From a virus (lineage: Duplodnaviria; Caudoviricetes): a DNA stretch of 60,840 nucleotides. This document shows, in pieces, positions 27,201-34,965 of this stretch (position 1 is the first letter of the stretch; each line of letters begins with the position of its first letter). A model generated the notes under the pieces. The model searched no databases. It worked only from the letters and a program-made list of their open reading frames with translations, and had not been told where the DNA came from. The DNA is taken from positions 1-60,840 of the IMG/VR virus record IMGVR_UViG_3300009506_000030; one strand, 5' to 3'. The position numbers and the translations under genes are program-made.

Positions 27201-29756
27201 TAGACTGTCTATTACCAAATTACCTGTTAAGCTTACTGTTGCACAAGTACCAGTTCCAGTAGTTACAGTGAAATAAGCGGTGTTGAAAACAATTGTTACA
27301 TCTCCACCAGTAGTGTCAACAGCAGCCGATTGATTATATTCAAAAAAAGAATCATTTCCTCCACCAGCTCCAGGGAGTTGATAAGAAGTTCCAGCACTAT
27401 CAACATATAAAAGTTTTGTTCCACTGGTTGTCTCAGCAGCATAAAGTCTTATGGCATTTGTACCAGGACCAGCAGGAGCTGCAGCTGCTGCTGATAGCTC
27501 CATGTATTCCCTTACAATAGCTGCTGATTCAACAGTAATGCCATCATTAAAAGTTGCTTCACCTGCAACTAATAATGTGCTGGAAAGAGATACTGCTCCA
27601 GTAACAGTTAAAGTACCACTTAATAACGTATTCCCACCTACCGTTAAATTACCGCTAATAATTACTTCATCATTTACTGTTAATGCACTTTCTATTGTTA
27701 CTGTATCATTAAAGGTAGCAGCTCCACAAACATGTAAAGTAGTTGATAGGCTTACTGCTCCGCTTACCGTTAATGTGTCATTAATAATTGTTATTCCATC
27801 AATGGTAGCTGTACCTGTAATTGCTATATTATTATTAATTGAAACAATTCCACTAATTGTTAAACTATCACCAAATGTAACTGCTCCTGAAACATGCAAT
27901 GTATTTTGTACACTGGCAGAACCAGTTACATTCAATGTACTTACTGTTAAAGCACCGCTTATATTTACATTATTATTAAATGAAGAAACACCACTTACTG
28001 TTAACGAATCTCCAAATGTTACAGCACCAGATACATGAAGAGTGTTTTGAACACTTGCAGCACCTGTAACACTGAGAGTACTTACAGTCAATGCTCCACT
28101 TATATTTGTATTATTGTTAATAGTTACAATACCGCTTACTGTAAGACTATCCCCCAATGTGGTAGCTCCACTCACATGTAAAGTTGTCTGAACAGATGCT
28201 GCAGCGGTAACATTAAGTGTACTGACAGTTAGTATTCCACTTATATTAACATTATTATTAAAGGATGATACTCCACTTACTGATAATGTATCGCCAAAAG
28301 TAACAGTACTACTTACTGTCAATGCACCACAAACAAAAAAGTCACCACCAAGTGTAAGATTTGCAGATACTGATTGCGCACCCCTTGTTCCATCATTAAT
28401 AACATATTGAGTATGATCATCATCGGAAAGACCAGACAAAGATCCATGGTCGGAAACCGCCACTCCTGCTCCTGCTATGGTTGCAGTTCTCCAATCAATA
28501 TAATCACCACCACCTGCCACGGATCTCACCCTTGCATTTACTTGATTTCCATATGCACCTGTCTGAAAAATTATAGTTCCAATTGGCCTCATTTCAGGCC
28601 CTGGAAGCGAACCCAATAATAAACTATTTATTTCAGTTGTTGCTCCTGTTTGGGCTGAAGCAAGATTTCCATAATCAGCTTGACCAATAATAGCAATCAT
28701 TTGATTATCAACATCATTGGTCATAAAGACATGACATAAAACAAACTGATTATTATTTACTTCAGTTAATTGCCATGTCCCAGCTACATCTTCATTCCAT
28801 ACTAATCTTGTACCAGCAGCAGCAGTTATTACTGAAAATCCAGCATTGGTTGTTGATACCCAAGGACCACCTGCTCCAGACCTGTACCATATGGGTAAGC
28901 CAACAGTACTTGCTACGGCTGCTGCGCTTATTTCCAAGTCTTCATCATAAGCTGATCCAGCATTATGTCCAAATTGTGCATCCTCATCATCTGCACCAGT
29001 TTGATCAGCGGTAAAATTAACCAGAGCTAATCCATCATCGTAAGCAAGTCCAACCGTATCATGTAAATAATGATGGGTTTTCCCATCCATTGTTATTCCA
29101 TGACGTTCATCAGCAAATAGTATTTTAGTTGCCTGTGCGGTATTCCAGTATAAAATAGCTACTAGTGCTTTTTCTTCAATTGCTGTTTCTACTTGAGCAT
29201 CACTTGGACTATTTACCTCAGTCAGTGTTGCACTGTCATAGTATATAAGTGTTGTTCCTGTAGTATTTGTTGGAACAATAGTATCTGCAGCAGTTACAGT
29301 AAATCTTTGACCTTTGATATAATAATCAAACGATGTTGCAGTAGGACTTATTGATAATGTCCTTGTTCCATCATCCCATGATAAATCAGAATCAGTCCTG
29401 TTGGGGAAACCAGAAGGTTCATTAGTATCTGCACCATCAGGTAAGCCTATTATTGCAGATCTATCGGCTGTTACCGTTACATGATCGGCAGTACTTCTTT
29501 GTCCATCATACGCAACAGATTTTGCCCAATACCAATAAGACTTCGTAGTATTTATTGCTGTAAATAAATCATAATAAAATACATACGGAGTCTCTGAATT
29601 AGTAATATGAAATGTTTTTGCTATAACATCTGCTGTTGTTATAGCTGCAGTATTATCATCTTCCCTGCGGTATATTTCATAATGACTAATATCTTTCTGG
29701 TTAGGACTGGTCCATTTAAGGATATTACCCCAATTGGTAACAATAGCACAGGCCAT
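24249..29756 (-). CDS. long tail fibre/spike with Ser/Thr/Gly beta-repeats and C-terminal peptidase S74 intramolecular chaperone
   Basis: 1835 aa; many LTVSG.TT repeats; SSKRFKKNI...GYIAEE...LNY chaperone motif. Confidence 0.85.
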   Translation of the reverse strand: MACAIVTNWGNILKWTSPNQKDISHYEIYRREDDNTAAITTADVIAKTFHITNSETPYVFYYDLFTAINTTKSYWYWAKSVAYDGQRSTADHVTVTADRSAIIGLPDGADTNEPSGFPNRTDSDLSWDDGTRTLSISPTATSFDYYIKGQRFTVTAADTIVPTNTTGTTLIYYDSATLTEVNSPSDAQVETAIEEKALVAILYWNTAQATKILFADERHGITMDGKTHHYLHDTVGLAYDDGLALVNFTADQTGADDEDAQFGHNAGSAYDEDLEISAAAVASTVGLPIWYRSGAGGPWVSTTNAGFSVITAAAGTRLVWNEDVAGTWQLTEVNNNQFVLCHVFMTNDVDNQMIAIIGQADYGNLASAQTGATTEINSLLLGSLPGPEMRPIGTIIFQTGAYGNQVNARVRSVAGGGDYIDWRTATIAGAGVAVSDHGSLSGLSDDDHTQYVINDGTRGAQSVSANLTLGGDFFVCGALTVSSTVTFGDTLSVSGVSSFNNNVNISGILTVSTLNVTAAASVQTTLHVSGATTLGDSLTVSGIVTINNNTNISGALTVSTLSVTGAASVQNTLHVSGAVTFGDSLTVSGVSSFNNNVNISGALTVSTLNVTGSASVQNTLHVSGAVTFGDSLTISGIVSINNNIAITGTATIDGITIINDTLTVSGAVSLSTTLHVCGAATFNDTVTIESALTVNDEVIISGNLTVGGNTLLSGTLTVTGAVSLSSTLLVAGEATFNDGITVESAAIVREYMELSAAAAAPAGPGTNAIRLYAAETTSGTKLLYVDSAGTSYQLPGAGGGNDSFFEYNQSAAVDTTGGDVTIVFNTAYFTVTTGTGTCATVSLTGNLVIDSLSVSGTLSVCGQTTFSDNVIISGTLTVSGDTTISGDLNVGTNICGAGTLEIAGAVTLDGTTTINDNLVVSGSSTLQGAVTISGGLTVSGAITLDGTTINDGLIVSGTTSLGGNTTISGTLTVSGATTIGALVVSGTSTLNGAVTISGNVTVSGNTSLNGTLTVSGITSLQGATTVSGGLTTNTLVVTATLSVCGTTTLGGATTIDNTLEVSGVATFDNNIIVSGTATIDGQLNANGGLVVSGTSTLNGGLTVSGNVTVSGDTSLNGTLTVSGTTTLAATTINGGLTISSGLTVSGTTTLNGAVTISGNVTVTGTTTFGGITKINSTLTVSGAVTFESTLSVSGAVTLNGTALTSIKLDDWNTPDDNTDLNATSTYHGLCPKLSNVASEYLNGQGAWTTPAGGGNAIYIEENANPEWNTSVSDGYLNFGPQFLLTTVLGNSSTVTIGDPLTLGAVNATSMVVTGALTVSGGATISGGLIVCGTTSLGGNTTISGTLTVSGTTTIGALVVSGTSTLNGAVNISGNLTVSGNTSLNGTLTVSSTTTVYGQLNANGAFVCCGTATFQGTGGGNFIVCGLATFGGTTFHVSGAATFGETFAVSGVATFNGAIKTSANISVTGERSLTMQTNITSAFTFYDDAGTPIEYLRFDSTTGSALVTVAPTFAAEGLVRIGNNAVHNCSSLTRISNASLENTKKYSLYVDLLSTPAAADTSDKIGIGGYTVLNNTNVNGACYGLQFGPYVSGTTGGAVASTTTYGIQTWGARSYNGTFRTLNNIALDLNHWINDTAGVFQAANSYGLMIRDSAVLGTGGYITNQYQAYFYAPTKGTNNYQLVLAGTNTASCGLWFNGVGGLHIGATASSYLYVNTIPQSTTTTDPLYWDSTNGTIHRVTSSKRFKKNIEPYDCEWSKILEVQPKTFTGLGGEKYSLGYIAEEIEELGLDYLVNYDKDGLPESLNYMNFSIYAIEMIKKQQKQINELRKILCDKKT
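25360..28370 (-). repeat. coding tandem repeats, ~12-aa unit L(T/V)VSGxx(T/S)(L/I/F)xx
   Basis: Visible in translation; includes an exact 37-bp DNA duplication at 26270-26306 and 26750-26786; boundaries approximate. Confidence 0.85.
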
Positions 29757-29759
29757 TTC

Positions 29760-30026
29760 TTATTCCCATACAATAGTAGCCGTAGCGCATTCTAAGGCGA
29801 CATACATATTTTGAATTTCTACCCCTCTAGAATCTCCCCAAGTAACAGTCCTTGGAGCAGTGCCACAATAGAATTTCATTATTTCAGTATTGGCAGTTGC
29901 AGCAGTAGCATTATAGACTGTACATGTTGCGCTCAACTGTCCAGTATTTGGAGTTACAATAACTGAAGTAATCATTAATGGACCTGGCTGAATAGAAGCA
30001 GATGCTGTTACATATTTTTGTCCCAT
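29760..30026 (-). CDS. small Thr/Ala-rich virion protein
   Basis: AGGAGG RBS; structural module context. Confidence 0.6.
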   Translation of the reverse strand: MGQKYVTASASIQPGPLMITSVIVTPNTGQLSATCTVYNATAATANTEIMKFYCGTAPRTVTWGDSRGVEIQNMYVALECATATIVWE

Positions 30027-30229
30027 TACTTATTCCTCCTTACTTCGACTGCTTTAACTCCAGACCTACCAACAATATAAGCAATCAAAGTATAAATTGC
30101 TTCTTCTGGCAAATCCAAACCAAATATTTTATTAACAATAGGAATAGCTGCACCAGCTATAGCTGCCCAAAATTCAGTAGTCTTATATCCTGGTTTTGCA
30201 TTAGTCCCGTTTACCGCTGTAGTTGCCAT
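30026..30229 (-). CDS. putative holin
   Basis: KPGYKTTEFW followed by two hydrophobic segments and basic tail. Confidence 0.55.
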   Translation of the reverse strand: MATTAVNGTNAKPGYKTTEFWAAIAGAAIPIVNKIFGLDLPEEAIYTLIAYIVGRSGVKAVEVRRNK

Positions 30230-30238
30230 AACTCCTCC

Positions 30239-30403
30239 TTACACATCTGGAAGATCATTGGGATCTTTTTTCTTAAACTCTTCGTAAGCTTTATCTAAAG
30301 CTTTTTTTGTTTCTTCTGCTGAAAGTCCTGCAGCTTGAGCACGTAAACTCAAGATCTGCAAAACTCCAACAAGTATTTCTCCTATAAGAACAGCTATAGA
30401 CAT
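30239..30403 (-). CDS. 54 aa hypothetical (MSIAVLIGEILVG...)
   Basis: Not in ORF track; fills the gap; GGAGG RBS upstream. Confidence 0.6.
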   Translation of the reverse strand: MSIAVLIGEILVGVLQILSLRAQAAGLSAEETKKALDKAYEEFKKKDPNDLPDV

Positions 30404-30406
30404 TTC

Positions 30407-30808
30407 CTAGTCCTCCGTTAAGGCTATAAGCCTGTTGATTAATTCTGTTAAACGATTCTGAGTAGCAGCATCGAGTTTTAATCCATTTTCCTGGAGTTGT
30501 TTAATAGTATCTATAATAGGAAATAACTCTATCAGTACTTTCTTTTTTTCCCTTAGCATTACACGCTGATCATCTGAAAGATCTTTATTAATCATATCTT
30601 CAGTGATGAGCGTTGGATTGGCTTTAAGCATAGCACGATCAGCCTCTACTATTGTAGGATCGATGACCTGATCAAGATATAAATCGTACTGTGCATTATA
30701 AACATTTACTGCCCACAGTGTTTGCTGCTGTGGAGTTAAATGTGCCATACATCCCATAAGAACTAAAAGAATAAGAAAGCATATACTGTTCCTTTTCACT
30801 AGTTGCAT
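30407..30808 (-). CDS. lipoprotein (possible spanin-like lysis accessory)
   Basis: Signal peptide ending in lipobox-like LMGC. Confidence 0.55.
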   Translation of the reverse strand: MQLVKRNSICFLILLVLMGCMAHLTPQQQTLWAVNVYNAQYDLYLDQVIDPTIVEADRAMLKANPTLITEDMINKDLSDDQRVMLREKKKVLIELFPIIDTIKQLQENGLKLDAATQNRLTELINRLIALTED

Positions 30809-30818
30809 AAATCACCTC

Positions 30819-31091
30819 TTACTGGTTTGGAACTATTCTTGCTACACCACCGTCTGGTAAATGAATATGATTGGGAGGAGCGTTCTTAAAATAAGTCATA
30901 ACAATAGCACTCAACTCCTTCAAATCGTCCTTTATCACTTCATGGTCCTTGTCATTACGGGCTAAAGCATCCTGCATAGTCCATGCAACAAGAGCAAGTA
31001 AGACCATTGCAACGGTGATTACAATATTTAAGTATAGTCTTCCTTTGTCCATCTTTACCCTTTCGAAAATCCATAGCTCCCCATAACACAA
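30819..31091 (-). CDS. membrane protein (real start probably at MDKGRL)
   Basis: One TM helix followed by a coiled segment. Confidence 0.55.
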   Translation of the reverse strand: MCYGELWIFERVKMDKGRLYLNIVITVAMVLLALVAWTMQDALARNDKDHEVIKDDLKELSAIVMTYFKNAPPNHIHLPDGGVARIVPNQ

Positions 31092-31103
31092 GGGAGCATG
31101 GAA

Positions 31104-31556
31104 TTATGGAGTTGTTGTACACATTACAAACCATTTAGCAACAAAACCAGATGTTTTAGTGCTGGAAGTGTAAAGCGCACAAAGACTTCCACCAGCAGTA
31201 ATTTCAAGTATTTTTGTAGTGCTCAATGCAGTATCAAAGTTAGTATAATTAGCAGCAGCAGCAGAAATCTTTATTTCGTTTACTAAGGCTCCAGTTCCTG
31301 CACTATTAGTTAAGGATACTCCAGAACTTGTTCCAGCAGCTGTTACCTGTACAGCTCCAAAGAAAAAAGTTGTATTTGATGTAACGGTAACTAAAGTCAC
31401 ATAACCAGACACAGAAGCACTTACAAGAGTACCAGAAAAAGTAAATCCATTGGATGCAGCTAATTTGTCTTGCGTAATTTCTGCAGTAGTAGCGATGTCA
31501 TCATTAACAACATAAACATCTGCTACATTGCCCCTTATTGTTTCATATTGTCCCAT
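31104..31556 (-). CDS. Thr/Ser-rich virion protein
   Basis: AAGGA RBS; follows capsid genes. Confidence 0.65.
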   Translation of the reverse strand: MGQYETIRGNVADVYVVNDDIATTAEITQDKLAASNGFTFSGTLVSASVSGYVTLVTVTSNTTFFFGAVQVTAAGTSSGVSLTNSAGTGALVNEIKISAAAANYTNFDTALSTTKILEITAGGSLCALYTSSTKTSGFVAKWFVMCTTTP

Positions 31557-31570
31557 TTATTTATCCTTTC

Positions 31571-31608
31571 AAAAATAAAGGAGGAGTGCACCCATAATGA
31601 GTGCACTC
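31571..31608 (-). terminator. Rho-independent terminator after the capsid genes
   Basis: Minus-strand stem GAGUGCACUCA/UGGGUGCACUC followed by CUCCUUUAUUUUU. Confidence 0.7.
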
Positions 31609-31621
31609 GTTCCCTTTTGTG

Positions 31622-32380
31622 TTACAGGTTAAAATCAACCATTGCACAAGAACCAGCAACAGCAGTTTGCGTGAAAACACCAACATAAGTATCGCTTGAT
31701 GTAATGTTGGGGCCAACTGCACCAGTTGTGCAAGCAGTCGTGTGATAAGCAGGCCCACCGACAAGGTTCCCACCAATAGCCAGAACAGGCCATTCACCCT
31801 TCTTGCCAAGATACACAAAAGAAGAAGCAGCAGCAGAAGAAAGTGTTACACCAACAAGTTTTCCTGTCAGCAAAGCACAGTCTCCAGTTACCACAACTCC
31901 CTTGTAAGGATTTTGCACAAGATGAGTAATAGACGTTGTGTTAAGGGCAAGCTCTAATCCGTCTTTTAAGATAACCTTAGCAGCAGTACTGGAAGCAGGC
32001 CATGCAGGATGTCCTTGGATCATATAACTATAATCACTACCTGTACCACAAGTTATCAAAAGCATACCATCAGCATACAGATCCGCTGCAGCAGACGTTG
32101 CGCCAATCACCAGGAATACTTCCGTTGCGCCAATAGAAGCAGTAATGGCAACAGCCCTATTGTGATGATTAGCAACAACAGCAGGACCCTGTACAGTTAC
32201 TCCTGCAGAAACAGCAGCAGCACCGATCTGGGCAAATACAACTTCTCTGCCAAGACCAAGCGGTTTTACATCTCCAAGCTTGGCAAACTTCTGGCTGGTA
32301 TTGAGAGCGGTCTTAGCCTCCCTAATACCCATAACACTAATCTTTGAATTTCCACCATAATTGTGAACACGATCTACCAT
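31622..32380 (-). CDS. capsid decoration/cement-like protein
   Basis: Immediately after the major capsid gene; A/G/T/V-rich. Confidence 0.6.
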   Translation of the reverse strand: MVDRVHNYGGNSKISVMGIREAKTALNTSQKFAKLGDVKPLGLGREVVFAQIGAAAVSAGVTVQGPAVVANHHNRAVAITASIGATEVFLVIGATSAAADLYADGMLLITCGTGSDYSYMIQGHPAWPASSTAAKVILKDGLELALNTTSITHLVQNPYKGVVVTGDCALLTGKLVGVTLSSAAASSFVYLGKKGEWPVLAIGGNLVGGPAYHTTACTTGAVGPNITSSDTYVGVFTQTAVAGSCAMVDFNL

Positions 32381-32448
32381 AATTTTTTCTCCTTTTGCTT
32401 ATGGGCAAGCTCTGAACCTCATTGGCTTGAAGTCAGGAGTACCCTAGT

Positions 32449-33381
32449 TTAAGAAATATTCTGAATCTGCCCCTGGTAACGTGGAGCAGTACAAATAATA
32501 TTACCCATCCAGTAAAAACGCCCTGTCTTGGCATCTTCATCGAGATGGGTCATAAAATCCTGCCATGACATATTGCGGTCTTCATGAACAACAAACTCAA
32601 TAAAATCTGTATTCAGAAGATAAGCAATACCAGTTGCAAGATCATCATCAGTAATAACTATAGCAGAGTTGAACTCTATTCCATTAAAACCAATGGACCT
32701 GAGATCAACATGCCCAGTATTCTGATACCGTTGCTGCGGAGTCATCTTGTTCCACATGCTGTTGTATACAGCCTGTGTAGTGATGATCATATCAGGTTCT
32801 TTGTTGTTCTTGGTAGTCTCACCGTAAGCAGTCTGAAACATGCTGTTGGAGTAAGCTCCACCTGTTGCGTTCAGGTAAGCTTGCGCCCATGTGTCAGTTG
32901 TTCGGTTAATCGTACCATAGGTAGTATAGTTTGTGCCATCATCACAGATAGCTGGCAAACCATCTATTTGATCTCCAGAACCACCAGACCTGAGACCGTC
33001 ATTTAAAATCTGAGACATGGTTTCTCTCGCATTGTCCATTTTGTCAGCTACAAAATTTCTAATACGGTTAGAACCCATAGAAATAGCTTCGGACCATCCA
33101 TCGATTGTAACATCTACATACGCCATTTTCCAATCGTGGATAAATTCCTTTACTGTCTCTTTCTGTGTAGTACTGAACTTAGCACCCCTGCTATAGAATC
33201 CACCAGGGAGACGTGCATATCTTGCGCCAGTTCTGATGTTCTCACCAGAATCAGCCATGTACTTGCCTTTTCCTTCGATACGAGCAAGAATCGCATTATT
33301 CTGAATTATCTGCGACTCAATCTTTGGAAGATACTCGTCCCTTACAAAGGCATCAATTTCTTGAACATTACTTTTGCTCAT
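32449..33381 (-). CDS. major capsid protein
   Basis: 310 aa after scaffold; GL.AI....TYG.I.R...W, PD.IITT, YLLNT, N.....PR.Q motifs typical of phage capsid proteins. Confidence 0.85.
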   Translation of the reverse strand: MSKSNVQEIDAFVRDEYLPKIESQIIQNNAILARIEGKGKYMADSGENIRTGARYARLPGGFYSRGAKFSTTQKETVKEFIHDWKMAYVDVTIDGWSEAISMGSNRIRNFVADKMDNARETMSQILNDGLRSGGSGDQIDGLPAICDDGTNYTTYGTINRTTDTWAQAYLNATGGAYSNSMFQTAYGETTKNNKEPDMIITTQAVYNSMWNKMTPQQRYQNTGHVDLRSIGFNGIEFNSAIVITDDDLATGIAYLLNTDFIEFVVHEDRNMSWQDFMTHLDEDAKTGRFYWMGNIICTAPRYQGQIQNIS

Positions 33382-33427
33382 TGTATCACCTTCCTATTGA
33401 GACTAGGAAAGAGATACAGCCACACTA

Positions 33428-34171
33428 CTAATCAGTGCTGCCTCTTTTCCTAGCAATTACTTTTCGTACTTGTCGTCCAAGAGGCATGGTAGGTGATACT
33501 ACATTAGTCTTTCTTTGTTCTTCCCACTTTTCCTTTTCTTCATCCAGACGTTTCTGAAACTCTTCCTCTTTTATTTCATTCGAATAACATCCTAAAAGAG
33601 CGTTCTTCATATTCAGGAGATTGTTCTCTCTCGCATAGGTTAGCACCCTTTGAGGATCAATTTCAAATGATAAATCTCGGATTCGTTTACTCTGCAATTC
33701 TGAGAAAAGATCAACAAGCATTTTATTGCTGACCTGTGCTGCCTTTGCAAGATCATTCATTTCCTTCTGTGTCTGAGCTACAGACTTCTTGAGTTGTTTA
33801 ACAGCAGGGTCTGAATAATCATCATCATCTGAATCATCAAATTCATCAGAGAGCTGCTTTTCCCGTTTAGCTTTATATTCGTTAAACTCTTCAACGATTT
33901 TTGCGTTATCAGGATTTTGCTCAAACTCCCACCACTTTTCACCAACTGCAATCTTGTCTTTCATTGCAGCCATTTCCTCTTCGAGCTTTTTGCGCTCATC
34001 TGCCAGAGCTTGAGTCTTCTTTGTGTAATCTGCATGAAATCCCTTAACCTTCTTTTGGGAGTCTTCATCAAGATCTTTTATGCTCTCTTCATCAAGTTGA
34101 TCGAGATTAGGTTCGCCTGTACCTTTGTTATTTTCATCGGTGGGCTTAGTGTCTTTTGCTGCGTCTACCAT
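33428..34171 (-). CDS. capsid scaffolding protein
   Basis: ADYTKKTQALA motif, acidic coiled coil, upstream of capsid gene. Confidence 0.8.
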   Translation of the reverse strand: MVDAAKDTKPTDENNKGTGEPNLDQLDEESIKDLDEDSQKKVKGFHADYTKKTQALADERKKLEEEMAAMKDKIAVGEKWWEFEQNPDNAKIVEEFNEYKAKREKQLSDEFDDSDDDDYSDPAVKQLKKSVAQTQKEMNDLAKAAQVSNKMLVDLFSELQSKRIRDLSFEIDPQRVLTYARENNLLNMKNALLGCYSNEIKEEEFQKRLDEEKEKWEEQRKTNVVSPTMPLGRQVRKVIARKRGSTD

Positions 34172-34285
34172 GCTACACTCCTTGTCTAGCGTATTGTCCA
34201 GTGCTCCCTCCAGGGAACTTATTGAACAGCACTATAGGACTACTATTAATACTAGTTTTGATGCTGCACACTTATGCAGTCTTAA

Positions 34286-34433
34286 CTAGCGTTTCTTACT
34301 TTTCTTAGACTTGCCTTTACCAGCTGTATTCATGGCTATGGCTATTGCCTGTTTTTGAGGATAACCTTTCATGCCTGAGTTTACTGATATTCTTGCTAAT
34401 AGTCTTTTGGCTTTTACCTTTTGTTAATGGCAT
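34286..34433 (-). pseudogene. frameshifted copy of the small basic phage protein MPLxKGKS..ISKNI...[11 protein letters not shown]
   Basis: Reads [22 protein letters not shown] then continues [17 protein letters not shown]...KR* only after skipping one A (GAA A GGT, ~34367). Confidence 0.65.
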
Positions 34434-34435
34434 AA

Positions 34436-34771
34436 TTACTTCCCATGATGACAGGTCGATTTTCCAGAACTCCTTCCCTGTCTATTCATACCTTTTCTTT
34501 CTTTCATATGAGTTCCGTAATGCAAAGGATTACCTCCACCTCTGCTCATAGAAGTCTTTGGTTTCTCTATGGCACTTCCTATCCCAACGTCTTCACCACG
34601 TCCACGATTAGGAGGGACATTCATTCCTATAGCACTTTTGAACTTATTGGTAAGATAATCGAAAGCACCTTCAGAGGCGTTCTGGATTTTTCCTACCCAT
34701 CCCTTTCCTTCATAAAACTCATCTCTGTCTTTTTTGTCCATTATGATTTCCCCCGTTTTATATTCTTCCAC
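34436..34771 (-). CDS. hypothetical protein
   Basis: ORF track; head module. Confidence 0.55.
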   Translation of the reverse strand: MEEYKTGEIIMDKKDRDEFYEGKGWVGKIQNASEGAFDYLTNKFKSAIGMNVPPNRGRGEDVGIGSAIEKPKTSMSRGGGNPLHYGTHMKERKGMNRQGRSSGKSTCHHGK

Positions 34772-34965
34772 ATAGCAGCAGCTGCTACACGTTTACCTGC
34801 TTCAGCAGATCCATATTGTTTGGCAGCTTTGGCAGCTACTTTAGCAAATCCTTTTCCCTTTTTACCTATATCTCCACCTGATCTTGCTTTTTTTGCTACA
34901 GTACTCTTTGTCTTAGCAGACAACCCTTTTGAAGGAGAAGTTGATTTTCCTTTAAACTTAGCCAT
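34741..34965 (-). CDS. small Lys/Ala-rich basic protein
   Basis: AGGAGG RBS; F.KVA.KA..YGS.E.G.RVAAA.MW pattern. Confidence 0.7.
   Translation of the reverse strand: MAKFKGKSTSPSKGLSAKTKSTVAKKARSGGDIGKKGKGFAKVAAKAAKQYGSAEAGKRVAAAAMWKNIKRGKS

Noticed and set aside
12513-30409. Genome-wide TAG reassignment, suggested by in-frame TAG-ATG junctions at 12523, 20255 and 30407
   Set aside because: Long conserved genes are intact in the standard code, other TAG stops are out of frame with or overlap the next gene, and no suppressor tRNA was seen.
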